A DNA stretch of 32,000 nt from Nitratidesulfovibrio vulgaris str. Hildenborough (GCF_000195755.1 NC_002937.3:2040001-2072000), one strand, 5' to 3'. Shown: positions 6,999 to 18,022, counted from the first letter of the stretch. A program made the numbers and translations. Notes: generated from the sequence alone by a model not told the origin.

Positions 6999-7847
6999 AT
7001 GCGCTGGCGGCAATTCCTGACTCCCGTGATTTCGCTGTCTCCGGAACAGGCACGTAACCTCGTCGCGGAATCCGGCACGAATCTTACCATCCTCGACGTA
7101 CGCCAACCAGCCGAATATGCCGAAGGTCATATTCCAGGTGCGATGCTCATGCCCCTTGCCGACCTTGCGGACGGCATGAGGCAACTCCCCGCAGAAAATC
7201 CCTTGCTCGTCTACTGTGCCATAGGCGGACGTAGCCGCATCGCTGCGCAACTGCTTGCCGGTAACGGGTTCAGCAAGGTGATGAATCTCTCCGGGGGCTT
7301 CAAGGCATGGAACGGGGCGACGGGCTTCGGTTCCTACGACAGTGGGCTTGAACTCTTTCCCCAGACACTGGGGCTTGAGCAGGCCATTGTCACGGCTTGG
7401 GGGCTTGAGAACGCGCTTGAGGCGTTCTACGCCACACAGATGGGTCAAGCGGTGCAGGGCGATGTCGCGGATGTGTTCGGAACACTTGCAAAGATGGAAA
7501 GCAGCCATAAACGCCGACTTCAGCGGCAGTACGCCGATATCGTCGATGCTCCCATCGACGGGACGGGGGTCGAAGCGGCCATGGCCCGCAACCTCGTGGA
7601 AGGCGGCCTGACAACAGAGGAGTACCTTGCCCGTGCCAAGGTCGACACCAACGACGTCATGGAGGTTCTGCAGTTTGCCATGATGCTGGAGGCGCAGGCC
7701 ATGGACCTTTACGCACGCGCCGCACGCAGGGCCGACGATGTCGAGACGCGGGCCTTTCTGGACGCCATGACCCGCGAAGAGAAGTCCCACCTAGCGCAAC
7801 TGGCGACTCTCCTCGACAGGCACCTCGAAGGTGAGTCCCATGCCTAG
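6999..7847 (+). CDS. Rhodanese domain fused to a ferritin-like/rubrerythrin-like diiron four-helix-bundle domain
   Basis: AGGAGG RBS. Rhodanese core ILDVRQPAEYAEGHIPGA...LLVYCAIGGRSRIAAQ with the active-site loop C-x4-R. The C-terminal half carries two E...ExxH pairs (LENALEAFY...MESSH and MMLEAQAMDLY...REEKSH). Confidence 0.9.
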   Translation: MRWRQFLTPVISLSPEQARNLVAESGTNLTILDVRQPAEYAEGHIPGAMLMPLADLADGMRQLPAENPLLVYCAIGGRSRIAAQLLAGNGFSKVMNLSGGFKAWNGATGFGSYDSGLELFPQTLGLEQAIVTAWGLENALEAFYATQMGQAVQGDVADVFGTLAKMESSHKRRLQRQYADIVDAPIDGTGVEAAMARNLVEGGLTTEEYLARAKVDTNDVMEVLQFAMMLEAQAMDLYARAARRADDVETRAFLDAMTREEKSHLAQLATLLDRHLEGESHA

Positions 7848-8943
7848 CCTGCTGCTGCTTGGTGCCGGACACGCGCACATGACCGTGATGGAGGCCATCC
7901 CCCGTCTCATCGAACGCGGTCATTCCGTGACCGTGGTGGGTCCGGGTGAAAGGCATTACTATTCCGGCATGGGGCCGGGAATGCTTGGTGGACACTACTC
8001 ACCAGAGGACATCAGCTTTCCGGTGCGCCAGATGGTAACGCAGCGCGGTGGCACGTTCATCACCGCAAGAGCGACCCGCATCGACCCGCAGCGCAAGCAC
8101 GTCGTTCTCGATTCCGGGCAGGAACTTGCCTATGATGTCTGCTCTTGCAACACCGGGTCGCACGTGCCTTCCTCCATCGTCGACGGCGACGCAACGGACG
8201 TCTTTCCCGTCAAGCCCATAGAGAACCTGCTGGCAGGACGTGAAAGCATCCGGCGACGCGCATCCCGAGGCCCCGTGCGCATTGCCGTCGTAGGGGGCGG
8301 GCCAGCTGCACTGGAAGTCGCAGGCAATGCCGCGGCGGCACTGACGCAGACAGGGGCCCAAGGCAACGTTGCCATGTACGCTGGCAGTTCGTTCCTGCGC
8401 CGCTTTCCGGCACGCGTGCGGGAGTTGGCACGAAAGGAGTTGCAAAAGGCACGGGTGAAGCTTCATGAAGGGGCCTATGCATCTGCCGTTCACACGGGAG
8501 AAGTCGTACTCGACAACGGCGAAAGGTACGAGGCCGACATCATCTTCACCGCGCTGGGAGTGGTTCCCTCCCCCCTCTTCGCGGCCTCCGGCCTTCCTGT
8601 CGGTAAGGACGGCGGCCTTGCCGTGGATGCCCACCTGCGCTGTACGGAGTATGACGACATCTTCGGAGGCGGTGACTGCATATGGTTCACGCCGCAACCA
8701 CTCGCCAAGGTCGGCGTCTACGCGGTGCGCCAGAATCCGGTGCTACTGCACAACCTCGCCGCACGCCTTGAAGGCGGGCCATTACTGACTTTCTCACCCG
8801 GTGGCGAGTATCTGCTCATCTTCAATACAGGTTCCGGACGCGGCATCCTGCACAAGGCGGGGTTCACCTTCGCCGGTCGTCTGGCATTCATGGTCAAGGA
8901 CTGGATAGACCGGCGCTTCATACGCCGCTTCCAGCCGCACTGA
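7840..8943 (+). CDS. FAD/NAD(P)-binding pyridine nucleotide-disulfide oxidoreductase (NDH-2/SQR superfamily)
   Basis: MPSLLLLGAGHAHMTV...HYYSGMGPGMLGG, with a second Rossmann motif IAVVGGGPAALEVAG and a GGGDC motif. I prefer ATG 7840 (GAAGGTGAG upstream) to the track's GTG at 7831. The ATG overlaps the upstream stop (ATGCCTAG). Confidence 0.88.
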   Translation: MPSLLLLGAGHAHMTVMEAIPRLIERGHSVTVVGPGERHYYSGMGPGMLGGHYSPEDISFPVRQMVTQRGGTFITARATRIDPQRKHVVLDSGQELAYDVCSCNTGSHVPSSIVDGDATDVFPVKPIENLLAGRESIRRRASRGPVRIAVVGGGPAALEVAGNAAAALTQTGAQGNVAMYAGSSFLRRFPARVRELARKELQKARVKLHEGAYASAVHTGEVVLDNGERYEADIIFTALGVVPSPLFAASGLPVGKDGGLAVDAHLRCTEYDDIFGGGDCIWFTPQPLAKVGVYAVRQNPVLLHNLAARLEGGPLLTFSPGGEYLLIFNTGSGRGILHKAGFTFAGRLAFMVKDWIDRRFIRRFQPH

Positions 8944-8960
8944 GGCGTTACAAGACACGA

Positions 8961-8993
8961 AAGTGCCCGCCTGCGAAAGGAAGGCGGGCACTT
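8961..8993. terminator. Bidirectional hairpin between convergent genes
   Basis: AAGTGCCCGCCT-gcgaaagga-AGGCGGGCACTT between the oxidoreductase stop (8943) and the MCP stop (9015). The minus-strand tail is TTCGTGTCTTGT. Confidence 0.6.
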
Positions 8994-9014
8994 CTCATCC
9001 ATGTCCTACGATGT

Positions 9015-10763
9015 TCAGGCCCGCTTGAGGTCGTCCACGAGGCGCTTGAGGACCTGCGACTGGTTCGCCAACTCCTGAACCGCCGTAGCAGCCTCACGCA
9101 TGGCCTGTGCCGTTTCGGCAGAGATGGCGCTCACCTGCTCCACCGACTTGTTGATCTCTTCGCTGGCGGCCGACTGCTGCTCCGAAGCCGTGGCGATGCC
9201 ACGCACCTGATCGCTCACCGTGTCGACCATCTTCACGATCTCACGCAGGGCCTCGCCTGAGAGGCGAGCAGCCTGTGTCGCCTCTTCGATGGTCTTCACC
9301 GACCTGTCGACGTTGTCCATGTTCTTGCGGGTTCCGCCCTGAACACCCCGTATGGCGTTGCCGACCTCCGTAGTGGCCTGCATGGTCTTCTCGGCCAGCT
9401 TGCGCACCTCATCGGCAACGACCGCGAACCCTCGTCCGGCCTCACCCGCGCGGGCCGCCTCGATGGCTGCGTTGAGGGCGAGCAGGTTCGTCTGGTCCGC
9501 AATGTCGGAGATGACGTTCATGATCTGCCCGATGGCCTCTGCCTGCCTGCCCAGGTCTTCCATGTCATGCTTGAGCGCGACAGATTGCGACTGTACTTCG
9601 CTTATCCCAGTCACGACCCTTCCGACAATCTCCGCGCCACTTTCAGCCTTTCTGCGTGTGTTCTCCGCGATGTCAGCGGCCTGTCCGGCATTTCGGGCGA
9701 CCTCCAGAACCGTTGCGTTCATCTCCTCCATGGCGGTGGCCGTCTCACCCACGCGCCGGGCCTGTTCTTCGGCCCCGCGGTCGGATTGTTCGATTTGCGC
9801 CGAAAGCTCTTCCGATGCCGATGAGAGCACCTCGACCACACCCTCAAGCTTGACCGCAGCCTGCAACATGCCTTCGGCCTTTGCCCGTTCAGCCTGTCTG
9901 CGTGCCTCTTCAGCCTCAAGTGTGGCCTGTTGCGCTTCCTGTTCCTTGCGGCGAGCCTGTTCAGACTTCTCATCCGCTTCTGCAATCTTGGCCTTGAGGG
10001 TTGTCACCATGTCCTGAACGGCACTGTACACCCCTTGCCTATGGCTACTCTCGCGAAAGTGGATATCGAGATTTCCGGAAGCTATCTCGCGCGACACATC
10101 GTAGAGATAACCCGGGTCTTCGCCCAGTTGCGCCATGGTTCCCCGCACGATGTAGACACCTGCCCCGGCACCTATCGCGATGGCAACAAGAACGAGGACG
10201 ATGCTGAACGTGCGGGCGGATGACACGACGTTCGTGGCTTCCGCTGCCGACTGCGCCGACCCCTTGTCGTTGATTTCCACCGCCGCATACAGTGCGTCCA
10301 TAGCTGCCTGAAAATGCCCTCGAATCTCTGACCTGTCCAAAGCTGCAGCTTCGACGTTCTTGTTCACACGAGACAACTCCATCCCCTTGTCCATAGCTCT
10401 GTAATACTGTCGTGTATGGTCAAGGAATTTCTCGAAATTACCCCTCTCTGACGGGTCAGATACCAGTTTTTCATATATTCTTGCGCTATCCTGCAACTGT
10501 TGCTTTAGCTTTTCAATGTTACTCTCAATAGAAGCGATTGCAGAAGCGTCTGTAGCGATTATATGCTGCAATTGCTGCCTTCTGATACGGTTCATATCCC
10601 CCTGCATCTTGGCGAGTATCTTGATACTCGGTATCCAGTTACTGGCGATCTCCTGCACATCGTCGTGAATCAGGCCTAGCCTGTTCACGGAAAAGCCACC
10701 GACAACTATGATCACGAGGACAAGGGAACCGAAGGCTATGGCAAGTTTATGGGTCAGTTTCAT
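9015..10763 (-). CDS. Methyl-accepting chemotaxis protein
   Basis: Start moved from 11048 to ATG 10763 (GAGGT RBS; [24 protein letters not shown] is TM1). A periplasmic helical bundle is followed by TM2 ([21 protein letters not shown]) and a HAMP domain. The highly conserved signalling hairpin [40 protein letters not shown] is present. Confidence 0.93.
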   Translation of the reverse strand: MKLTHKLAIAFGSLVLVIIVVGGFSVNRLGLIHDDVQEIASNWIPSIKILAKMQGDMNRIRRQQLQHIIATDASAIASIESNIEKLKQQLQDSARIYEKLVSDPSERGNFEKFLDHTRQYYRAMDKGMELSRVNKNVEAAALDRSEIRGHFQAAMDALYAAVEINDKGSAQSAAEATNVVSSARTFSIVLVLVAIAIGAGAGVYIVRGTMAQLGEDPGYLYDVSREIASGNLDIHFRESSHRQGVYSAVQDMVTTLKAKIAEADEKSEQARRKEQEAQQATLEAEEARRQAERAKAEGMLQAAVKLEGVVEVLSSASEELSAQIEQSDRGAEEQARRVGETATAMEEMNATVLEVARNAGQAADIAENTRRKAESGAEIVGRVVTGISEVQSQSVALKHDMEDLGRQAEAIGQIMNVISDIADQTNLLALNAAIEAARAGEAGRGFAVVADEVRKLAEKTMQATTEVGNAIRGVQGGTRKNMDNVDRSVKTIEEATQAARLSGEALREIVKMVDTVSDQVRGIATASEQQSAASEEINKSVEQVSAISAETAQAMREAATAVQELANQSQVLKRLVDDLKRA

Positions 10764-10897
10764 GGCTGCAACCTCGCTATGCGGGTGTCTGGGATATTCG
10801 AGAATAGCACAGGGACGCCACTCCGCCATTAGTTTTGTTCCTCGACTCGAACTTGCATCACGTCGCAGCCGTTCTGCCCAACATACCGAACACCAAT

Positions 10898-10930
10898 GAC
10901 AAAAGGGCCGGCATCCGAAGATGCCGACCC
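10898..10930 (-). terminator. Rho-independent terminator of groESL
   Basis: On the minus strand GGGTCGGCATC-ttcg-GATGCCGGCCC is followed by TTTTGTCATT, 28 nt after the groEL stop. Confidence 0.8.
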
Positions 10931-10957
10931 TTGCAAGTCTCAAAGCGGGGCTGGAGG

Positions 10958-12601
<1,644 letters not shown>

Positions 12602-12640
12602 GTGAATTTCCTCCTCAGGGAAGCGGGATGGTACGGGGAA

Positions 12641-12928
12641 TTACTCGATGATGGCGAGGATGTCGTCTTCGCGCATGACCAGATGCTCGACGCCGTCGAT
12701 CTTGATTTCGGTACCGGCGTACTTGTTGAACAGCACCATGTCGCCAGCCTTCACCGTCATGGCGACGAGCTTGCCGTCATCGGCGGTCTTGCCGGGGCCG
12801 GCAGCCACGACTTCACCGCGCGAGGGCTTTTCCTTCGCGGTGTCGGGGATGTAGAGGCCGCCAGCAGTCTTTTCTTCGGACTCGAGGCGCTTGACGAGAA
12901 CGCGGTCGTTGAGGGGCTTCAGATTCAT
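12641..12928 (-). CDS. groS: Co-chaperonin GroES (Cpn10)
   Basis: [35 protein letters not shown]...GGAGGA RBS upstream. Start moved from the track's TTG at 12946 to ATG 12928. Lies 39 nt upstream of groEL. Confidence 0.98.
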   Translation of the reverse strand: MNLKPLNDRVLVKRLESEEKTAGGLYIPDTAKEKPSRGEVVAAGPGKTADDGKLVAMTVKAGDMVLFNKYAGTEIKIDGVEHLVMREDDILAIIE

Positions 12929-12970
12929 GCGATCAATCCTCCACAATGGTTGATGACGTTATGCCCGCTG

Positions 12971-12997
12971 TTGGCACTCTCTTGTGATGAGTGCCAG
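12971..12997 (-). promoter_or_regulatory. CIRCE element (HrcA operator) upstream of groES
   Basis: TTGGCACTC-N9-GAGTGCCAG versus the CIRCE consensus TTAGCACTC-N9-GAGTGCTAA (8/9 and 7/9 matches, correct 9-nt spacer). It lies 42 nt upstream of the groES ATG. Confidence 0.85.
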
Positions 12998-13212
12998 ACG
13001 GGGTACCAGCGATAGCTAGGAGGCTTTTGCCCCCTTGCAGCCCTCTTGGGCCTCGCTTTCACCGGGGATTTCAAAGTGCGCTTCCGGCATCCGGTCTTGG
13101 TCACCTTCAGCGCAAACAAACTAATGCCCTATTCGGCCTTGAAAAGGGGCGAAACGCATTTTTTTATGATTTTTACCACAACACACTGCCATAAAAGACT
13201 ATTTTTCTCTCC

Positions 13213-14535
13213 TCAGGCGACCTTCCGGCCCCCCTTGGGCAACCCGAGGGCGATGGACGCGAGTGCAGCCACGCACAGCAGATAGCAGTACATGTTCGAC
13301 AGCGACACATCCACGGGGGAGATGCCAGCTATCGACCCGGCAAGCAGCACCTGAGCACCGTAGGGAATGAGCCCCTGCACCACGCACGAAAAGATGTCGA
13401 GCATACTGGCACTACGCCGCGGGTCGACACCGTTGGTTTCGGCAAGCCCGCGTGCCATTCCCCCTGTGAGTATAATGGCAACGGTGTTGTTGGCCGTGCA
13501 GAGGTTGGCAAGACTCACCAGCAGCGAAATACCCGCCTCTCCGAGACGACGGGTGCGACCGTCTCGCCTGTCGCTTGTCATGCGACCGATACGCTCAAGA
13601 AGCCAAGCAAGCCCGCCCTGATACCGGATAAGCTCACCGAGTCCGCCCATGAGCATGGAGAGGACGAGAATCTCGTGCATCCCCGAAAAACCTGCATAGA
13701 TGTCCTTGGCCCATTGCAGCACCGAATACCCCGGCACGACAGCCACGCCAACGCCCCCGGCAAGCACGATGCCCGTGAAGAGCACCACGAAGACGTTCAT
13801 GCCCGCCAGCGCCATGGCAAGAATGACCACGTACGGCAGAACGCGCGCCATCTCCCATGCCCCGACACGTGCAGCCTGACCGCTGTCGCCCATGAGCCAG
13901 AAAAGGAGCGTAGCACCCACGGCGGCAGGCAGTGCGATGAGCAGGTTCATGCGGAACTTGTCACCCATCTCGCACCCTTGCGTCCGCGTAGCGGCGATGG
14001 TCGTATCGGATATCATCGAAAGGTTGTCGCCGAACATGGCACCACCGACTACAGAGCCCATGAGCATGGCAAGCCCGATGTCGGTCTGCTGCCCGATGCC
14101 CACAGCAATGGGTCCTACGGCGGCGATGGTTCCCATGGAGGTGCCCATGGCGGTGGATACGAAGGCGGCGATGAGAAAGAGACCGGGCAGAATGAACTCG
14201 GCAGGAATGAGCGACAGGCCGAGGTTCACCGTGGCGTCGACCCCGCCGATGGCCTTGGCGACACTGGCAAAACCACCAGCCAGCAGGTAGATGACGCACA
14301 TGGTGATGATGTTGATCTCACCGGCACCTGCAAGCATGATGTTGATCTTCTTCGACAAGCCGCCATGCCCCATGATGAGGGCGAGTGCGAGCGCGGGAAG
14401 GATGGCGACAGCGGGCGAAAGCTCATAGAAGGCCATCTTCACGCCAGTGAAACTCAGAATGCTGCCTGTCCCGATGAAGAGTACGAGAAAAAGCGCAAGC
14501 GGCAGCAACGCCAGCCCGTTGGTTTTCTGTTCCAT
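13213..14535 (-). CDS. nhaC: Na+/H+ antiporter NhaC-family membrane transporter
   Basis: AAGGAG RBS. Polytopic membrane protein of 440 aa. FGDNLSMISDTTIAATRTQG and LLAGGFASVAKAIGG resemble NhaC-family signatures (from memory). Confidence 0.85.
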   Translation of the reverse strand: MEQKTNGLALLPLALFLVLFIGTGSILSFTGVKMAFYELSPAVAILPALALALIMGHGGLSKKINIMLAGAGEINIITMCVIYLLAGGFASVAKAIGGVDATVNLGLSLIPAEFILPGLFLIAAFVSTAMGTSMGTIAAVGPIAVGIGQQTDIGLAMLMGSVVGGAMFGDNLSMISDTTIAATRTQGCEMGDKFRMNLLIALPAAVGATLLFWLMGDSGQAARVGAWEMARVLPYVVILAMALAGMNVFVVLFTGIVLAGGVGVAVVPGYSVLQWAKDIYAGFSGMHEILVLSMLMGGLGELIRYQGGLAWLLERIGRMTSDRRDGRTRRLGEAGISLLVSLANLCTANNTVAIILTGGMARGLAETNGVDPRRSASMLDIFSCVVQGLIPYGAQVLLAGSIAGISPVDVSLSNMYCYLLCVAALASIALGLPKGGRKVA

Positions 14536-15071
14536 GTCTTATCTCCTTGCGCTGTGAGCGCTTTCTTGTCGTACCGCGCTCCCCGTGGTGCAGCCGCGGC
14601 AAGGCGTCGTTCGTGCGAACATACCCGGAGGCCGCGAATATACCACATGAGAAAGGCTGGTTGCATCGTATCGACGAGGCACATTCACAAACAGCGGGCT
14701 TCCTCACCTTTCTGCCGTGCCGCGGTCAGAGGTACCGCCATGGGAAGGCATCCGGAGGCAGCACGTGCTGAAGCCGCCACTGCCCGACGTGTTGCGCCGT
14801 CGCGGGCAGTCTCCGTCAGGCCAGAGAGTAGAAGCTCCTGTGAACGGGTCTTGGAGTATCTCACCCGCTGTCCTTGTCAGGCTGCATATGGCGTCAGCCG
14901 CAACTATCCGACATGCATCGGTAAACGGCGGTCGAACGTCACGCGGCCACAGGGCATGGCGAGCAGCAGGCCCGGAGGGATGCGCCCGTACTGCGGCTGG
15001 ACAGCCCACCGGCAGACCGCAGCGTACACGCCATAGAGCCCTGAAGATGAGAGAGAAACACTTCAGGCCCG

Positions 15072-16997
15072 TCAACTGCGGCACATCTCCAGTTCTGCAA
15101 TGCGGGCTTCAAGCTCTTCCCACCGTTCCAGCAGTGTCAGCTGCTGCTCTTCCAGAGAGGCAAGGCGTTCTCCCGTTTCAGTGAGGGCGGACATGTCGCT
15201 GCCGAACGACGCGGGGTCGGCGAGTCGCCGTTCCAGAACCGCCTGCTCGGTCTCAAGGGCTTCAAGCCTTGCCGGAAGCTGCTCCAGTTCGTCACGCGCC
15301 TCGGCAAGTTCTCGCTGTTCCTTGAATGTGAGCTTGCGGGGACGGGTGTCGACCGCGCGGCGCTCGGCTGGCTGTGTCGCAGTCGCCACATCACGCGCCT
15401 CACGCGCCGGGCGTTGCGGTTCGTCGCGCTGACGCAGCCAGTCTTCGTACCCGCCGATGTATTCGCGCACGATGCCCTGCCCTTCAAGGGCTATGGTGCT
15501 TGTCACCACATTGTCGAGAAAGGTTCTGTCGTGGCTGACCAGCAGCACTGTTCCGCTGTAGTCGGTGAGCAACTCCTCAAGCAGTTCCAGCGTTTCGACA
15601 TCGAGGTCGTTGGTGGGTTCGTCGAGCACCAGCACATTGGAAGGGCGCAGAAAGAGACGGGCCAGCAGCAGCCTGTTACGCTCGCCGCCCGACAGGTGGC
15701 GCACCGCGATACGCATCCTGTCATCATCAAAGAGGAATTCGCGCAGGTACCCCGCCACATGGCGGTTGACGCCATTGACCGTCACCCTGTCGTTGCCGTT
15801 CGCCACGTTGTCCATGGCGTTGGCGTCGATGTCGAGCGCTTCGCGCATCTGGTCGAAGTAGGCCACTTCAAGGCGCGTACCGTGCCGCACCCGGCCCTGT
15901 TGCGGTTCAAGGTCGCCAAGCAGGATGCGCAGAAGAGTCGTCTTGCCCGCACCGTTGGGGCCGATGAGCCCCACGCGGTCGCCCCGCTGGATGCAGACAT
16001 CCACGTCGCGCAACACAGGTTCACTGTCGCCGTGGGCGAAGGTCACGCCCGTGGCTTCGATGACCAGCTTGCCCGAACGTTCCGCCTCATGCACCCGCAT
16101 GGCTGCCGTCCCCATGCGCTCGCGCCTTTCGGCCCGTTCAGACCGAAGGGCCTGCAACGCGCGGACGCGCCCCATGTTGCGGGTTCGCCGGGCCTTGACC
16201 CCCTGCCGTATCCACGCCTCCTCCTGCGCCAGCTTCTTGTCGAAGAGCGCATTCTGCCGCGTCTCGTTCTCAAGCCGTTCTTCACGCCGTTCGAGGTAGG
16301 CATCGTACCCGCAGTCGTAGGCGAAGAGTTGCCCGCGGTCGAGTTCGACGATGCGGGTGGCCAGATGTCGCAGGAAGGTACGGTCGTGAGTGACGAAGAC
16401 GAGGGTGCGGGCCCTGCGCTGAAGAAAGTCCTCAAGCCACGATATGGCTTCGATGTCGAGATGGTTCGTGGGTTCGTCCAGCAACACGTCCGAAGAGGAG
16501 ACAAGGGCGCGCGCCAGCAGGGCACGCCGCTTGAGTCCGCCGGAAAGTTCTTCGAAGCGCGCGTCGGGGTCGAGGTGCAAGTGGTTGAGCACGGTCATCA
16601 TGTCTCCATGCCGTTCCCATCCGTTGCCCGTATCGAGGTGGTGCCGCGCGGCATCAAGCGTGCCGGAGTCGGCGTGCCCGGTCTCCAGCCTGTGGTAGGC
16701 GGCAAGGGCCACTCCGTCAGGCCCCATGCCCTCCGCCACGACCTCGTAGACCGACCCCGAGAGATGTGCCGGGACATCCTGCGGCATATGCCCGAAGCGC
16801 GTACCCTGGGCACGGACGACTTCGCCCGCGTCCGGGCGCAGGTCCCCCGCCATCAGACGCAACAGTGTCGACTTGCCCGCACCGTTGCGCCCCACGAGGC
16901 ACAGGCGCTCGCCCGCCTCGACGTGCAGAGTCGCGCCGTCGAGCAAGGGCCGACCGCCAAGATTGAGCGTGATATTCTGAAGACTGAGTAATGCCAT
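15072..16997 (-). CDS. uup: ABC-F family ATPase Uup (two ABC domains plus C-terminal coiled coil)
   Basis: Two Walker A motifs (GRNGAGKST, GPNGAGKTT) and two LSGG signatures. The linker KLAQEEAWIRQGVKARRTRNMGRVRALQALRSERAERRERMGTA closely matches E. coli Uup as I remember it. No TM domain. GGAGAG RBS. Confidence 0.93.
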   Translation of the reverse strand: MALLSLQNITLNLGGRPLLDGATLHVEAGERLCLVGRNGAGKSTLLRLMAGDLRPDAGEVVRAQGTRFGHMPQDVPAHLSGSVYEVVAEGMGPDGVALAAYHRLETGHADSGTLDAARHHLDTGNGWERHGDMMTVLNHLHLDPDARFEELSGGLKRRALLARALVSSSDVLLDEPTNHLDIEAISWLEDFLQRRARTLVFVTHDRTFLRHLATRIVELDRGQLFAYDCGYDAYLERREERLENETRQNALFDKKLAQEEAWIRQGVKARRTRNMGRVRALQALRSERAERRERMGTAAMRVHEAERSGKLVIEATGVTFAHGDSEPVLRDVDVCIQRGDRVGLIGPNGAGKTTLLRILLGDLEPQQGRVRHGTRLEVAYFDQMREALDIDANAMDNVANGNDRVTVNGVNRHVAGYLREFLFDDDRMRIAVRHLSGGERNRLLLARLFLRPSNVLVLDEPTNDLDVETLELLEELLTDYSGTVLLVSHDRTFLDNVVTSTIALEGQGIVREYIGGYEDWLRQRDEPQRPAREARDVATATQPAERRAVDTRPRKLTFKEQRELAEARDELEQLPARLEALETEQAVLERRLADPASFGSDMSALTETGERLASLEEQQLTLLERWEELEARIAELEMCRS

Positions 16998-17152
16998 GGT
17001 GCTCTCCGGGGACGATAGTGCCCGGCCCCCTCTACACCGTCAAAGGCCGGGGGACAAGGGCGAATCACCGGCGGCGGGCTGGTGCGAAGCAAACGCCCCT
17101 TGCGCTCCCCCACCGGGCGCGCTACTGCAAGGACATAACAGGAGGAAGAGCC

Positions 17153-17545
17153 ATGTCCGACAACGATCGCGAAGCAAGGGCCGGTCGTCAGGCCGTGCGC
17201 CACTGGCTCGAAGACATGTGCACCGCCGTGCGCGACATCGAACGGGAAGCCGCCGACGCCCTGCACGACAAAGAGGATGAGACCGCCTACCGCGAGGCCA
17301 TGCGCCGCAAGGCTCTTCTGCTGGCTTCGCTTCCCGACCGCGGACGGGACGCCGTATCCCTGCTGCCGCCTCAGGACCGCACTCCGGTCGAGGAACGGCT
17401 GCACCGCTTCGCCGCCAGTGCCGCCAACGCGCTCAGCATCGGGTCGGTGTTCTACATGTCGGCCCTGCTGTACCCCGAAGACCACGCACCGGGGGAGCCG
17501 AACGACCTCGAACGCTTCGCCGCCAGTTTCACCGAACCGGCCTGA
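17153..17545 (+). CDS. Hypothetical protein (130 aa), no family recognised
   Basis: Strong AGGAGGA RBS 6 nt before ATG 17153, inside the longer track ORF 16991-17545. GC-rich third positions throughout. Divergent from uup. Confidence 0.65.
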   Translation: MSDNDREARAGRQAVRHWLEDMCTAVRDIEREAADALHDKEDETAYREAMRRKALLLASLPDRGRDAVSLLPPQDRTPVEERLHRFAASAANALSIGSVFYMSALLYPEDHAPGEPNDLERFAASFTEPA

Positions 17546-17608
17546 ACGCACGATGACGCCATGACCGGACGCTCCTGACGCCGCAAAAAGGCGTGTTCCA
17601 GACGATTG

Positions 17609-17638
17609 TTCAGGCCGGGGAGATTCCCCCGGCCTGAA
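17609..17638. other. 12-bp perfect stem-loop without U-tract
   Basis: TTCAGGCCGGGG-agattc-CCCCGGCCTGAA, 64 nt after the stop at 17545. Possibly a terminator or RNA-stability element. Confidence 0.4.
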
Positions 17639-18022
17639 AGAACGAGCATCCAGGTCTGCCCCGCATCCTCGTGACCTCTGGCAACATGGTCTGTCGCCGT
17701 GTCGGGGCGGTCACCTCTTCGGGTGCGCCAGACCTGCGCGACAGCCGATTCGAGCGAACAGGGTGAGGAAAACGAGGCAAACGGAGCAACGAAGTCGAAC
17801 GGGCCGCATCGGACGAAACGAACCGGCCACCCCGGCCAAAAGGATCGAAAGGGCCTGACGTGACGCGGAACCGAGGCTAGCAAGCCACCACGGGAACACG
17901 GGCATCCGGGACGATACCGCTGGCATCCAGAGACTGCCGGAGCGAGCGCATCCACGCACATCCCCCCGGCACCGGCTCAGGATGTACCCCATGCCGAAAG
18001 CGTAGAAGACCGCTCGTCAGCT

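Noticed and set aside
4291-7790. Minus-strand ORFs 4291-5307, 4548-5444 and 6795-7790
   Set aside because: They are antisense to the DUF1641-like, receiver and rhodanese-fusion genes. They have Arg/Gly/Pro-rich shadow translations and no RBS.
13140-13212. AT-rich patch with a GCG-AAA-CGC mini-hairpin and a T7 run after the NhaC gene
   Set aside because: A 3-bp stem is too weak for a terminator call, and the T-run is on the wrong strand for the minus-strand gene. It is probably just an AT-rich spacer or promoter-distal region of groESL.
13675-15036. 453-aa plus-strand ORF
   Set aside because: Mostly antisense to the NhaC-family transporter and running into the non-coding gap. Its His/Arg/Gly-rich composition is not protein-like.
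15414-16991. 525-aa plus-strand ORF
   Set aside because: Antisense shadow of uup. It has no recognisable domain, and the uup frame has canonical ABC motifs.
17745-17935. Idea that the GGA-rich tract is a CsrA/RsmA-sequestering sRNA
   Set aside because: GGA triplets are frequent in purine-rich GC-rich DNA. I cannot show they sit in hairpin loops. In related bacteria CsrA is, as far as I recall, partnered with FliW rather than sponge RNAs. I kept only the compositional anomaly as a finding.
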